Origin: an uncultured Verrucomicrobiota bacterium
GTDB taxonomy: Bacteria; Verrucomicrobiota; Verrucomicrobiia; Opitutales; Intestinicryptomonadaceae
NCBI GenBank assembly: GCA_949283955.1
Contig: CASDUP010000053.1
Span: forward strand, 16,324 to 80,323
Length of the DNA stretch: 64,000 nt
Direction: 5' to 3'
The stretch's first letter is position 1. The number at the start of each line of letters is the position of its first letter. A model generated the notes under the pieces. It did no database searches. It was given only the letters and a program-made list of their open reading frames with translations, and had not been told where the DNA came from. Shown here in pieces: positions 1 to 9,062 of this stretch. The translations under genes were made by a program, and so were the position numbers.

Positions 1-458
1 ACAATCCTAGTGTTGAAATAATAGAATGCGCCCATGTTTCGAAATATCTCGTCGATTTTTCCGGCTCCGAAAAGGCGAAGATGGATATTTTAAGGGGAAA
101 AAAGGTTGCTTGTTTTTCGGGAATAGCTGCTCCCGAGAGTTTCGAAAAACTGCTTTCGGATTTCGGGGCGGAGCTCGTGTTCAAGAGGAGGTTCCTCGAC
201 CATCACAGGTTCGACGAGTCGGAACTCGATTCATTTTTCGATTCGGCGGTTTCTTCGGGGGCGGAGCTTGCAGTTGCCACGGAGAAGGACGCGGTGAGAA
301 TTTCGGACAAATATGTTCCGCGAATTCCGTTCTACTATACGAAGCTTGAGATAGACATTCTGTCCGGAGCCGACGACTTCAATTCGGCGGTAGATAGAAT
401 TTGCTTTCCGAAGAGGAAGGCAGACGTATTTCCTAAGAAGGCAGGCGCCCGGGAGTAG
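1..458 (+). CDS. lpxK: Tetraacyldisaccharide 4'-kinase, C-terminal part (5' truncated by window edge)
   Basis: Frame is open from the window start. KKVACFSGIAAPESF, FLDHHRF and VATEKDAVRI match LpxK C-terminal motifs (GIAxP, DHH, TEKD). Confidence 0.9.
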   Translation, partial: NPSVEIIECAHVSKYLVDFSGSEKAKMDILRGKKVACFSGIAAPESFEKLLSDFGAELVFKRRFLDHHRFDESELDSFFDSAVSSGAELAVATEKDAVRISDKYVPRIPFYYTKLEIDILSGADDFNSAVDRICFPKRKADVFPKKAGARE

Positions 459-1323
459 GGAAGTAGGCGGTAATCACGGCGTCCCACCAGAGCCGGTTTT
501 TCCCTTCGGGGGTAAGTTTGCCGAATTCTGAGGCCTTGTAGCGGTCGTTTATGAATCCGCGTGCGACGTTCTCCCTTTCGATATTGTTTAATTCGCCGTT
601 TATCCATTCGAGGGGATTTTCCGGAAGGCCGGCGATTTTTTTCCCCGATTTTTCCACTCGGGACTCGTGTTTCTTCAAGAGCCTTACTGGATTCGTTTCG
701 AGGGGAAATCTAGCTGCGTCGTAATTTTTGGGAAACGCCAATCCGAACGGAATGAAGTTTGCCTCCGTTCGAAATACAGTTCCGTCCCCTGCGAAGCTTT
801 CCGCTATAAACACGTTCAGCCACGCCTTCCCGAAAGGCACGAACTTTACCGAAAGCCGGATTTTTTTGTCGGAAGAGTCGAAGGTAGTTAGAAAAAATTT
901 GCACTCTTCACGGCCTATTCCCGATTTGAACGATCCGCTTTTGGAAAATCCGCGGCTTTCAATCGAACGCTTCATGTCCAGAAATTTCTTTTCGGGCCTC
1001 CATGCCGAATCCGTTTCCGAATACGGCGCAAAAAGCGGCGAGTCGTCATCGGATACTATCGATATGTTCAGCCAGAAGAGGAGCGACTCCAGCCCGAAAT
1101 AGACCAGCGCACCCACCGCCGCGCTTGCCGCGAAATTTTCGAATCCGAGGGAAAATTTCAACACGCACGCAGTCGCCAGGGAAAACAGGGCAAGTTTCAG
1201 CCATCTGTCGATCGTCCACAAAAACGGCGACTGGAATCTCGAATCGTTTACCGCGCTCAGCGCGAATCTGGCGGCTAGCAACGCCACCAAGGATATAAAT
1301 TCGACACTGGCGAAAAATTCCAT
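433..1323 (-). CDS. Hypothetical membrane protein (N-terminal TM helices plus soluble domain)
   Basis: 296 aa ORF filling the gap downstream of dnaN, with hydrophobic segments in the first ~90 aa. No family recognised. Confidence 0.75.
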   Translation of the reverse strand: MEFFASVEFISLVALLAARFALSAVNDSRFQSPFLWTIDRWLKLALFSLATACVLKFSLGFENFAASAAVGALVYFGLESLLFWLNISIVSDDDSPLFAPYSETDSAWRPEKKFLDMKRSIESRGFSKSGSFKSGIGREECKFFLTTFDSSDKKIRLSVKFVPFGKAWLNVFIAESFAGDGTVFRTEANFIPFGLAFPKNYDAARFPLETNPVRLLKKHESRVEKSGKKIAGLPENPLEWINGELNNIERENVARGFINDRYKASEFGKLTPEGKNRLWWDAVITAYFPTPGRLPS

Positions 1324-1420
1324 TCCTTATTATCGATTTTCGTGGGGTTATTTTTAGGCAAAAAATAAAAATATTCAAAAAAAACGCGGCGCGCAAATGC
1401 GCGCCGCGCAGCAAAAATCT

Positions 1421-2542
1421 CTAAACCCTCAAGGGCATCACGACGCACATAAAGCTGTCCAAAGTTTTAAACACTCCGGGGCTCATCTCGTCCTTAAATT
1501 CGAAGAACACCTCGTCTTTTGTGAGCCTGTCGAGAGGCTGGATCAGGTACTCCGGATTAAACCCGATTTTTACTTCGGGGCCCTCGTACTCTATGTCTAT
1601 AGTTTCCTTCGCGGATCCCTCGGCGCTCTCTCCGAAAACTTCGAGCGAATTCTGGGTTATGTTGAGCCTTACCGAGTAGTGCTTTTCGCTTGTCAGCTTC
1701 GAAACTCGGCGGACGGTGTCGCGCATCAGTTCCCTTTCCAGTTTGACGCGGTGTTCTGCCTCCTTTGGAATAACCTGCTTGTAGTTCGGGTAGCTTCCCT
1801 CGACTATTTTCGACACGAGATATATGGAGCCGTTCAAGCCGTTGTCGGATCCCTCCGCCTTTATGTCGAAGGCTACCTGCCTCTCGCTGAAGCTTATTTC
1901 CAGTTCCTTGCCTTGTCCCAGGAGTTTTTCGAGTTCGGAAACCGTTTTTGCGGGAAGAATTATGCTGCCCTCGTCGTCGCGGTCTATCGAGCCGATATCG
2001 CGCGAAATCATGGCAAGCCTTCTGCCGTCGGTTGCCACGAGAGTGAGCTTGTCCTCCGCAAAGCTGAAAAACACGCTGTTTAAAATGTAGCGGTTTTCGT
2101 CCGTGCTCTGGGCGTAGGAAACCGAGCGGAGCATATTGAGAAGCTCTTGCGGGGCGAGCTTGTAGGCGTGCTTGTTGACAAAGTTGGGAAGGGCCGGAAA
2201 GTCCTCTGCCTTGAGTCCGTTTATGTTGGACGAAAATTTTCCGGACTTTACTCTGGCTACCTGCCCGTCGGAACTTTCCACCGTTATTTCTTGCATCGGA
2301 ACGTCGGAAACTATCGACGCAAGCTTGCGGCAGGGAAGGGTTATCTCTCCCGGCTCCGAGACTTCCGCCACTATGGAGCAGCGTATTCCCAGGTCCAAAT
2401 TTGTGGTAGTAAGCGTTATTCCGTCCGAATCGGCTTTTATGAGCACATTGTTCAGAACCGCGGTTTGCGGCTTGGATCCGACCACGTTTATAACTTGGCG
2501 AAGCCCGTTCGAAAAGTGCTCTTTGTTGATTTTAAACTTCAT
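1421..2542 (-). CDS. dnaN: DNA polymerase III subunit beta (sliding clamp)
   Basis: 373 aa; [37 protein letters not shown] and VVMPLRV are typical beta-clamp motifs. Confidence 0.97.
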   Translation of the reverse strand: MKFKINKEHFSNGLRQVINVVGSKPQTAVLNNVLIKADSDGITLTTTNLDLGIRCSIVAEVSEPGEITLPCRKLASIVSDVPMQEITVESSDGQVARVKSGKFSSNINGLKAEDFPALPNFVNKHAYKLAPQELLNMLRSVSYAQSTDENRYILNSVFFSFAEDKLTLVATDGRRLAMISRDIGSIDRDDEGSIILPAKTVSELEKLLGQGKELEISFSERQVAFDIKAEGSDNGLNGSIYLVSKIVEGSYPNYKQVIPKEAEHRVKLERELMRDTVRRVSKLTSEKHYSVRLNITQNSLEVFGESAEGSAKETIDIEYEGPEVKIGFNPEYLIQPLDRLTKDEVFFEFKDEMSPGVFKTLDSFMCVVMPLRV

Positions 2543-2656
2543 AGTATTTCAAATTGTGCGTGATACGCTCTCCGTTTTTATTTTCTTCGAGAGGTCTTTA
2601 TATCCAAACCGTTCCAAAAATCGAGATTTTTTTTGGCTTGTTTAGTCTAGTAGAAT

Positions 2657-3079
2657 TTACGCCAAAAATTCCAAGCCCTCCATATTGCCGTCCTTGATTT
2701 TTATCCGGCGATAGTAGCATCCGCGCCTCGGGGTTCCGTCGGGATTTTTTGTGTGGCATGCTCCCTTGCCCACCGGCTTTACCCGGTAAACCAGGGAATT
2801 TTGCTCGCAGTTTACGAGCACATCTACAAGTTCGAGAAAATCTCCGCTCGTTTTTCCTTTTATCCAGAGTTCGTTGCGGGAAGTGCTCCAGAAAGTGGCC
2901 ATTTTTTCCTTCACGGCAGTCTCCAATGCCAGACGGTTGGCGTATCCCACGATTAGAACCTCCCCCGTGTCCGCGTCTTGCGCAACGGCGGGAATCACGT
3001 CCTCGGGGCATGCGGCTATTTTTTTCAGCTTTGTAAAGTCGAGCTTCAGCTCCAATCCCTCTTCTATTTCCTTACTCAT
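2657..3079 (-). CDS. hisI: Phosphoribosyl-AMP cyclohydrolase
   Basis: IPAVAQDADTGEVL, FWSTSRNELWIKGKTSG, NCEQNSL and GACH motifs. Stand-alone, not fused to HisE. Confidence 0.93.
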   Translation of the reverse strand: MSKEIEEGLELKLDFTKLKKIAACPEDVIPAVAQDADTGEVLIVGYANRLALETAVKEKMATFWSTSRNELWIKGKTSGDFLELVDVLVNCEQNSLVYRVKPVGKGACHTKNPDGTPRRGCYYRRIKIKDGNMEGLEFLA

Positions 3080-3202
3080 AATTGTTTCCCAGTATTGTGT
3101 CGGCTCGAATCGGTTTCAAGAGCAAAACGCTCCTCCTTCCTCCAAAAAAATCCTCCAAATAAGTGTTGAAACATTCCCGAAATTGGGCTTTCAATCGACC
3201 GC

Positions 3203-3427
3203 ATGTTCGGAAGGAAGCGGAAGCTTTTTGTGAAAGACACCGATCCCACTCTCAGAAAGGGCAGGTTTTTGCCTCGCACTCGAACCTTCAAACAATCCGA
3301 ATTCAGCAGGTTCGACATTCCCGGAGAAGTGGGAAGATCGCTGAGAAAGCTCGCGTATTTTGCGGTGGGTCTGGCGGTTTTTTGGTTTTTTTGCGAGTGT
3401 TTCAAGGCTTGGGACATATTTCAGTAA
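3203..3427 (+). CDS. Small basic hypothetical protein with a C-terminal TM helix
   Basis: 74 aa ORF divergent from hisI, with hydrophobic LAYFAVGLAVFWFFC; fills the intergenic gap. Confidence 0.5.
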   Translation: MFGRKRKLFVKDTDPTLRKGRFLPRTRTFKQSEFSRFDIPGEVGRSLRKLAYFAVGLAVFWFFCECFKAWDIFQ

Positions 3428-3515
3428 AACTGCCTTTCCGGTCGGGAGGTTTTGGCCGTTAAAAACAGCAAATTAAATTTGCCAAAAACTCTCCGATCGT
3501 TTCAATATCCGCCCC

Positions 3516-3866
3516 ATGAAAAAAATCGTCGCATTGTTTTTGGCGATAACCGTTTCGGTTTTCGCGTTCGCGGGGGATTCGTCCCAGTCGGAGCAGATTG
3601 AGAAGTTGAGGGAGGAGATACGCGAATTGAACGCCAAGTATGAGAAGCAGGTCGCGGACGACATGGCTATTCTCGCGAAATTGCGGCGTGAAAACCGTGA
3701 ACTCAAGGTGGAGCTCAGAAAGCTGAAACTTTCTATGAAGGCGGAGGAGATTAAAGCCGAGGCCGTCAAGTCCGAGCCAAAAAAATCTTCCGAGAAGAAG
3801 GAGGAGAAGGTTCCGGAGGAGAGTCGCAAAGAAGACAGCGTTTGGGATCATATGTTCCCGTTCTAA
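3516..3866 (+). CDS. Secreted coiled-coil hypothetical protein
   Basis: Signal peptide MKKIVALFLAITVSVFAFA followed by a heptad-like Glu/Lys-rich region; ends SVWDHMFPF. Confidence 0.8.
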   Translation: MKKIVALFLAITVSVFAFAGDSSQSEQIEKLREEIRELNAKYEKQVADDMAILAKLRRENRELKVELRKLKLSMKAEEIKAEAVKSEPKKSSEKKEEKVPEESRKEDSVWDHMFPF

Positions 3867-3888
3867 TACATTTTATTTTTGACGAGAG

Positions 3889-6672
3889 ATGGACGTTAAG
3901 GAAATGAAGGATTCGATAAATTTGCCAAAGACGAAATTTCCCATGAGGGGGGATCTCGTTCGGCGCGAGCCTCTCCGAATGGAACATTGGGAGAAGATGG
4001 GGCTTTACGACAGAATTCAGAAGAAGAATTCGTCCGGCAAGAAGTTCGTTTTGCACGACGGGCCTCCGTTTACTAACGGAGACGTGCACATAGGTACGGC
4101 GCTCAACAAAATTTTGAAGGACTTTATTCTTCGGCACAAGTCCATGCTCGGATATTCCACTCCGTACATTCCCGGCTGGGATTGCCACGGGCTTCCGATA
4201 GAGCACAAAGTATCGAAGCAGCTCAGGGAGGAAAACCGTTCGCTGAGCGTGTCGGAATTGAGGGAGGAGTGCGCGAAGTTTTCCTCGGAGTACATAGAAA
4301 AGCAGCGCCGGCAGTTTGTGAGGCTCGGGATAATGGCCGACTGGAAAGACGAATACAAAACGAAAAATCCCGGGTACGAAGCCGAAATTCTCAGAACGTT
4401 TGCGGCGTTTGTGGAGGCCGGAATGGTTTACAGAAGCAAGAAGCCCGTGTATTGGTCAATTCCCTGCGCCACGGCCTTGGCGGAGGCGGAAATCGAGTAT
4501 AAAGACCACACCACGCCGACAATTTGGGCTGCGTTCAAGTTGGACTCCGAATCGCTAGGAAAGCTCGGTTTGGACAAGGGGGAGTTTGTGGCGTGGACTA
4601 CTACTCCGTGGACCCTTCCCGCAAATTTGGCCCTTGCGGTCCACCCAGACGTGGATTATTGCGCGGTGGAGGCGGGAGGCAGAAGGTTTATAGTTGCTTT
4701 TCCGCTTGCCGAGCAGTTTGTTTCCGATTGCGGGCTGGAGGGGGCCAAGATTTCTCCGCTGGCGAGAGGTTCGGAGCTCGAAGGCTTGAAGGCAAGGCAT
4801 CCGTTTATAGACAGGGAAAGCCCGGTCATTTGCGCCAGATACGTCACTACCGATTCGGGAACGGGCATAGTCCATATAGCTCCGGGGCACGGTTTGGAGG
4901 ACTACCAGGCGGGATTGGAGTACGGGCTTGAAGTTTACTGTCCTCTCGACGACGCCGGAAGGTATGTCGACGACGGCCGTGTTCCGCGCGGGCTTGTCGG
5001 AGTGAGCGTCTTGGACAGGGGCGGCGGAAAGAACGAAGCCAACGACAAAGTTCTCGAGATGATGGGTGACTCTTTGTTGAAGGTAAAGGAGCTCGTTCAC
5101 CAGTATCCCCACTGTTGGAGATCCAAGACTCCGGTGATATTCCGAGCGATGGACCAGTGGTTTGTGGCGCTCGACAAAGACGGTTTTAGGGATAGGGCTT
5201 TGAAGGCCATAGACGAAGTGGAATGGCTGCCGTCAAACGGCGCCAACAGAATTCGCGGCGCGGTGGAGACCCGTCCGGATTGGTGCATATCCAGGCAACG
5301 CGCGTGGGGGGTTCCGATTCCGGCCTTCTATTCCGAAAGCGGAGAGGCGTTCTTGGACGCCTCCGTAATCAGGGGAATAGCCGACAAAGTGGCTAAGAAG
5401 GGAACAAACATCTGGTTTGACGAGAGCGCCGAGAAGATTTTGGAGGGAATAGAAATTCCGTCGTCTTGGGGGGAAGCGTCAAAGCTGAGAAAGGGCTCCG
5501 ACACTCTCGATGTGTGGATAGATTCCGGCTCGAGCCATGCGGCGGTTCTTTCCCCGAGGGGATATTTCCCAGCCGACCTCTATTTGGAGGGAAGCGACCA
5601 GCACAGGGGTTGGTTCCAAAGTTCTCTAATGACTTCGGTGGTGCTCAACGGTAGGGCTCCATACAAGAAGGTCATAACCCACGGATTCATAGTCGACGAG
5701 CAGCGCAGAAAAATATCCAAATCCGCTTCGGGCAAACCTCAAACTTCCGACATGTACGTCGGCAAATGGGGTGCCGATATTGTCAGAATGTGGATAAGCT
5801 CCGTCGACTACCAGTCCGACGTCCCGGTTTCTGAGGATATTTTGTCGCACGTTGCCAACACATACAGGAGCGTTAGAAACACCCTGATGTACCAGTTGGG
5901 CAACCTTTGCGATTTCAAAGAGAGCGACGCCGTTCCGCTCGACAAGCTCGACGCAATAGACAAGTGGGCTTTGCACAAAACAGCTCTTTTCGTCGAGGAG
6001 GCACGCGCGGCGTATTCCGCCTTTGAATTCCACAAGGTTTATAAATTGATAGACTTTTTCTGCGGAGTCACTCTGTCCCGAGTTTACCACGACATTTTGA
6101 AGGACAGGCTTTACACGTTTTCCGCGGATTCCTTCGAGAGGAGGTCGTCGCAAACTGTCATAAACATCGCAAACGACGCCCTGATGCTCGTGGCGGCTCC
6201 AATACTCACGTTTACATGCGACGAGGCTTACTCGTTTAAGAAAAGCGGAGGAGAATATTGCGACGATTCTATCCACCTGCAATCCTTCCCGAATCCCTCT
6301 CCGGATTGGAAGGACGATTCCGTGTATGGGAAAGTCGAGAGGATTTTATCCATTAGGGAGCGTGTCAACGAGAAGCTCGAATCTCTCCGCAAGGATAAAG
6401 TGATAGGTAAAAGTTTGGAGGCGAAAGTCGACATCTCCGTCCCCGAGGGAAGCGAAGACGAAAAAATTCTCCGCGAATTCGAGTCTAAGCTTCCTGAAAT
6501 ATTCATAGTTTCCTCCGTGAGCCTGAAGTCGGGGTCGGAATTTTCGGTGGAGGCCGGGAAGGCCGAGGGGCGCAGGTGTTCCCGTTGCTGGCGCGTTCTT
6601 CCAGAGGTGGAGGAAGGCGGAATCTGCAAGCGTTGCGCTTCCGCAATGGAATCATTCGGTAAAAGATCATGA
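3889..6672 (+). CDS. ileS: Isoleucine--tRNA ligase (type 1)
   Basis: 927 aa; LHDGPPF, PGWDCHGLPIE, WTTTPWTLP, LEGSDQHRGWFQSS, KISKS and a C-terminal CxxC...CxxC zinc finger. Confidence 0.98.
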   Translation: MDVKEMKDSINLPKTKFPMRGDLVRREPLRMEHWEKMGLYDRIQKKNSSGKKFVLHDGPPFTNGDVHIGTALNKILKDFILRHKSMLGYSTPYIPGWDCHGLPIEHKVSKQLREENRSLSVSELREECAKFSSEYIEKQRRQFVRLGIMADWKDEYKTKNPGYEAEILRTFAAFVEAGMVYRSKKPVYWSIPCATALAEAEIEYKDHTTPTIWAAFKLDSESLGKLGLDKGEFVAWTTTPWTLPANLALAVHPDVDYCAVEAGGRRFIVAFPLAEQFVSDCGLEGAKISPLARGSELEGLKARHPFIDRESPVICARYVTTDSGTGIVHIAPGHGLEDYQAGLEYGLEVYCPLDDAGRYVDDGRVPRGLVGVSVLDRGGGKNEANDKVLEMMGDSLLKVKELVHQYPHCWRSKTPVIFRAMDQWFVALDKDGFRDRALKAIDEVEWLPSNGANRIRGAVETRPDWCISRQRAWGVPIPAFYSESGEAFLDASVIRGIADKVAKKGTNIWFDESAEKILEGIEIPSSWGEASKLRKGSDTLDVWIDSGSSHAAVLSPRGYFPADLYLEGSDQHRGWFQSSLMTSVVLNGRAPYKKVITHGFIVDEQRRKISKSASGKPQTSDMYVGKWGADIVRMWISSVDYQSDVPVSEDILSHVANTYRSVRNTLMYQLGNLCDFKESDAVPLDKLDAIDKWALHKTALFVEEARAAYSAFEFHKVYKLIDFFCGVTLSRVYHDILKDRLYTFSADSFERRSSQTVINIANDALMLVAAPILTFTCDEAYSFKKSGGEYCDDSIHLQSFPNPSPDWKDDSVYGKVERILSIRERVNEKLESLRKDKVIGKSLEAKVDISVPEGSEDEKILREFESKLPEIFIVSSVSLKSGSEFSVEAGKAEGRRCSRCWRVLPEVEEGGICKRCASAMESFGKRS

Positions 6673-7925
6673 AAAAGAAAAACGCCGCAAAAAATAAGAC
6701 GTCTTCGCGCAAAAAGGCGGAGCCTTCAAAAAAATCTACGGGTTTAAAAAAGAAGCCGGACAAAAAATCTTCGGCTTCCAAGAAGCCCGCACCCTCGAAG
6801 GCTAAGGCTTCTAAAAAGCCGTTAAAAAAACCCGCAAAAAAAACTCCTCCCGCAAAAAAAGTTCCTCCATCTAAAAAGCCGGAAAAGAAACCCGTTTCAA
6901 AAAAGAAACCAGCTCCAAAAGTTTCGAAGGCCCCGTCGAAAAAATCCGCCAAGCCTTCCGTAAAAGCGTCTTCCGGCAAAAATGCCGTCAAATCGGTTTC
7001 TGCCAAAAACGCCGTCAAAGCGGCTTCCTCAAAAGCTTCCAAACAGTCTTCGAAAAAAGTTTCCCCTCCAAAAAAGCCGTCCAAGGTTTTGAAGAAAAAA
7101 GGAGAATCCGCTTCCAAGTCTGCTGCCGTAAGGCAGGAGCAAAAAAAAGCGGAATCCAAGTCTTCTTCAAAAATGGGCGAGCAGCCCGCTCCGATTACCC
7201 AGAAGAGGGGTTCGCACATAAGGCATTCGCTAAACATCTATTTTTCAATGGCCGATCTCGATTCCTACCTCGAAAGGAAAAATACCCTGGCGAAGGAGGA
7301 GGCGGAATTTCGAGCGGCTGCCTCCGCGAGAATAGCCCAGAAAAGCGGCGTGAAGAAAGTGGTCGCGAAGGAGTCGAAGTCCAAAGGTGTGATAGGAGTG
7401 GCTAGCATAGAGGATCTGCTCGGATTCAATCTTTTCGAGCAGCCTTCCAGACAAAAGGTAGAGGAGAGGGACATTCCGAAAAAATGGAAAAAGTACTATA
7501 ATATTTTGATGGATATGCGGAGGCGTTATTCCGCCGGGGCGTCCTCTCGTGCGGACGAAGTTTTAAAGCGTTCCGCAAAGGAGGATTCCGGAGACTTGTC
7601 GTCCTACGGCCAGCACCTTGCCGACGCAGGAAGCGAAAGTTTCGAAAGGGATATGGCATACAATCTTCTTTCCACGGAAAAGGAAATGATACGCGAAATA
7701 GACGCTGCCATAGAAAGAATGAAGGACGGAACTTACGGGATATGCGAACTCACCGGAAAGCCCATACCCGAAAAACGTCTTTTGGCGGTTCCGTTTACCC
7801 GCTACACTATCGAAGGCCAGGCTATAAAAGACAAGGAAAACGCCCACAGAAAAATGGCGTCGTCAACCCAAGGTTCTCCGTTCGGGGACATGGCTTCCGA
7901 TTCCTCGGAAACGGAAGAGTCCTAA
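6669..7925 (+). CDS. dksA: TraR/DksA family transcription regulator with long Lys/Ala/Ser/Pro-rich N-terminal extension
   Basis: C-terminal QHLADAGSESFERD coiled-coil tip and IDAAIERMKDGTYGICELTGKPIPEKRL. Start overlaps the ileS stop (ATGA). Confidence 0.88.
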   Translation: MKKKNAAKNKTSSRKKAEPSKKSTGLKKKPDKKSSASKKPAPSKAKASKKPLKKPAKKTPPAKKVPPSKKPEKKPVSKKKPAPKVSKAPSKKSAKPSVKASSGKNAVKSVSAKNAVKAASSKASKQSSKKVSPPKKPSKVLKKKGESASKSAAVRQEQKKAESKSSSKMGEQPAPITQKRGSHIRHSLNIYFSMADLDSYLERKNTLAKEEAEFRAAASARIAQKSGVKKVVAKESKSKGVIGVASIEDLLGFNLFEQPSRQKVEERDIPKKWKKYYNILMDMRRRYSAGASSRADEVLKRSAKEDSGDLSSYGQHLADAGSESFERDMAYNLLSTEKEMIREIDAAIERMKDGTYGICELTGKPIPEKRLLAVPFTRYTIEGQAIKDKENAHRKMASSTQGSPFGDMASDSSETEES

Positions 7926-7933
7926 AACAATTA

Positions 7934-7969
7934 AAAAAAAGCTTCGGGAAATTTCCCGAAGCTTTTTTT
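7934..7969. terminator. Bidirectional intrinsic terminator
   Basis: A-tract, perfect palindrome GCTTCGGGAAATTTCCCGAAGC, T-tract, between convergent dksA and the oxidoreductase. Confidence 0.9.
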
Positions 7970-7985
7970 GCGCCCAAACGCCTTA

Positions 7986-9062
7986 TTAAAGATCTATCGT
8001 CTTGCCGGTGCGCGCCGACTCGTCCGCAGCGAGCACTATCTTCAGGCTGTTTACGGCATCGGCTATGTGTTGCGACAAGTCTTTGTCTTCGGCTATGGCG
8101 TTGTAGAAAAAGAGTTGCTCGCGGGCGCAGAGGTCGTCGTGTTTCGGCTCGTCGTGCGTGTCTATCCACTCGTCCTCCTTCGCCCAGGATCCGTCCTCCT
8201 TCATTTCTGCGGAGTGGAATCTGAGCTGCTCGGTCTTGGTGTGCGAATCTATATCGTCGGAATTTTTTGAGGATCCGGCGTCTTGGGCGCATATCGACAC
8301 GCAGCCCTTGGGGCCTATTACGTCTTTTACGAAGAACGCGTTCGTCGACATCATCGGGCCCCAGCCGGCCTCGTACCAGCCCACCGAACCGTCGTCAAAT
8401 TGCACTTGGAGCTGCCCGTAGTTGCTCTGCGTTTCGGGAATGTCGTCGGCAACTCTCGCGAGGATTCCGCTCACCTTGACGGGCTTTGCCTGGGTCATTT
8501 GGCACATCACATCGACATAGTGCACTCCGCAGTCGACTATGGGCGTGAGGGAGTTCAACAAATTTTTGTGCCCCTGCCACGTCTTGCCGTGCGACTGCTG
8601 GTTGAGGTTCATTCTCATGACGAGAGGCTTTCCAAGCTTGTGCGAGAGCTCTATGAACTTTATCCACGAGGGGTGGTGGCGGAGAATGTATCCGACTACA
8701 ACTTTCTTGCCGAGCTTCTTAGCCAAATCCGCCACTCTTTCCGCCCCCGCTACCGTGTCCGAAATGGGCTTTTCCACGAATACGTGGCAGCCGGCGTTCA
8801 TTGCTTTTACAGCGAGGGGTTCGTGGGAGGCGGGGTAGGTGCAGATAGCCACCGCGTCCGGTTTAGTCTGTTCGATAGCTTTATCGAAGTCGTCGAAATG
8901 GGCGTAGTTTCCGTTGACGGACTTGTTGAAGGCGTCCACGGATTCCTTCCTTATATCGACTATTCCGACGATTTCAAATTTATCGTTCAATCTGTGATAC
9001 GCCCTCGCGTGCGAGGCCCCCATATTTCCGCATCCTATAACCAGTACCTTTACTTTATCCAT
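7986..9062 (-). CDS. Gfo/Idh/MocA family NAD(P)-dependent (sugar) oxidoreductase
   Basis: VIGCGNMG Rossmann motif, HVFVEKP, IVDCGVHYVD. Confidence 0.92.
   Translation of the reverse strand: MDKVKVLVIGCGNMGASHARAYHRLNDKFEIVGIVDIRKESVDAFNKSVNGNYAHFDDFDKAIEQTKPDAVAICTYPASHEPLAVKAMNAGCHVFVEKPISDTVAGAERVADLAKKLGKKVVVGYILRHHPSWIKFIELSHKLGKPLVMRMNLNQQSHGKTWQGHKNLLNSLTPIVDCGVHYVDVMCQMTQAKPVKVSGILARVADDIPETQSNYGQLQVQFDDGSVGWYEAGWGPMMSTNAFFVKDVIGPKGCVSICAQDAGSSKNSDDIDSHTKTEQLRFHSAEMKEDGSWAKEDEWIDTHDEPKHDDLCAREQLFFYNAIAEDKDLSQHIADAVNSLKIVLAADESARTGKTIDL

Noticed and set aside
2543-2656. Possible oriC upstream of dnaN
   Set aside because: No TTATCCACA-type boxes, only 114 bp, and no dnaA.
3201-3222. 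CGGAAGGAAGC resembling SRP RNA helix 8
   Set aside because: The invariant flanks differ (CATG versus CAGG, AGCGG versus AGCAG), there is no long enclosing stem, and it lies at the start of a plausible CDS.
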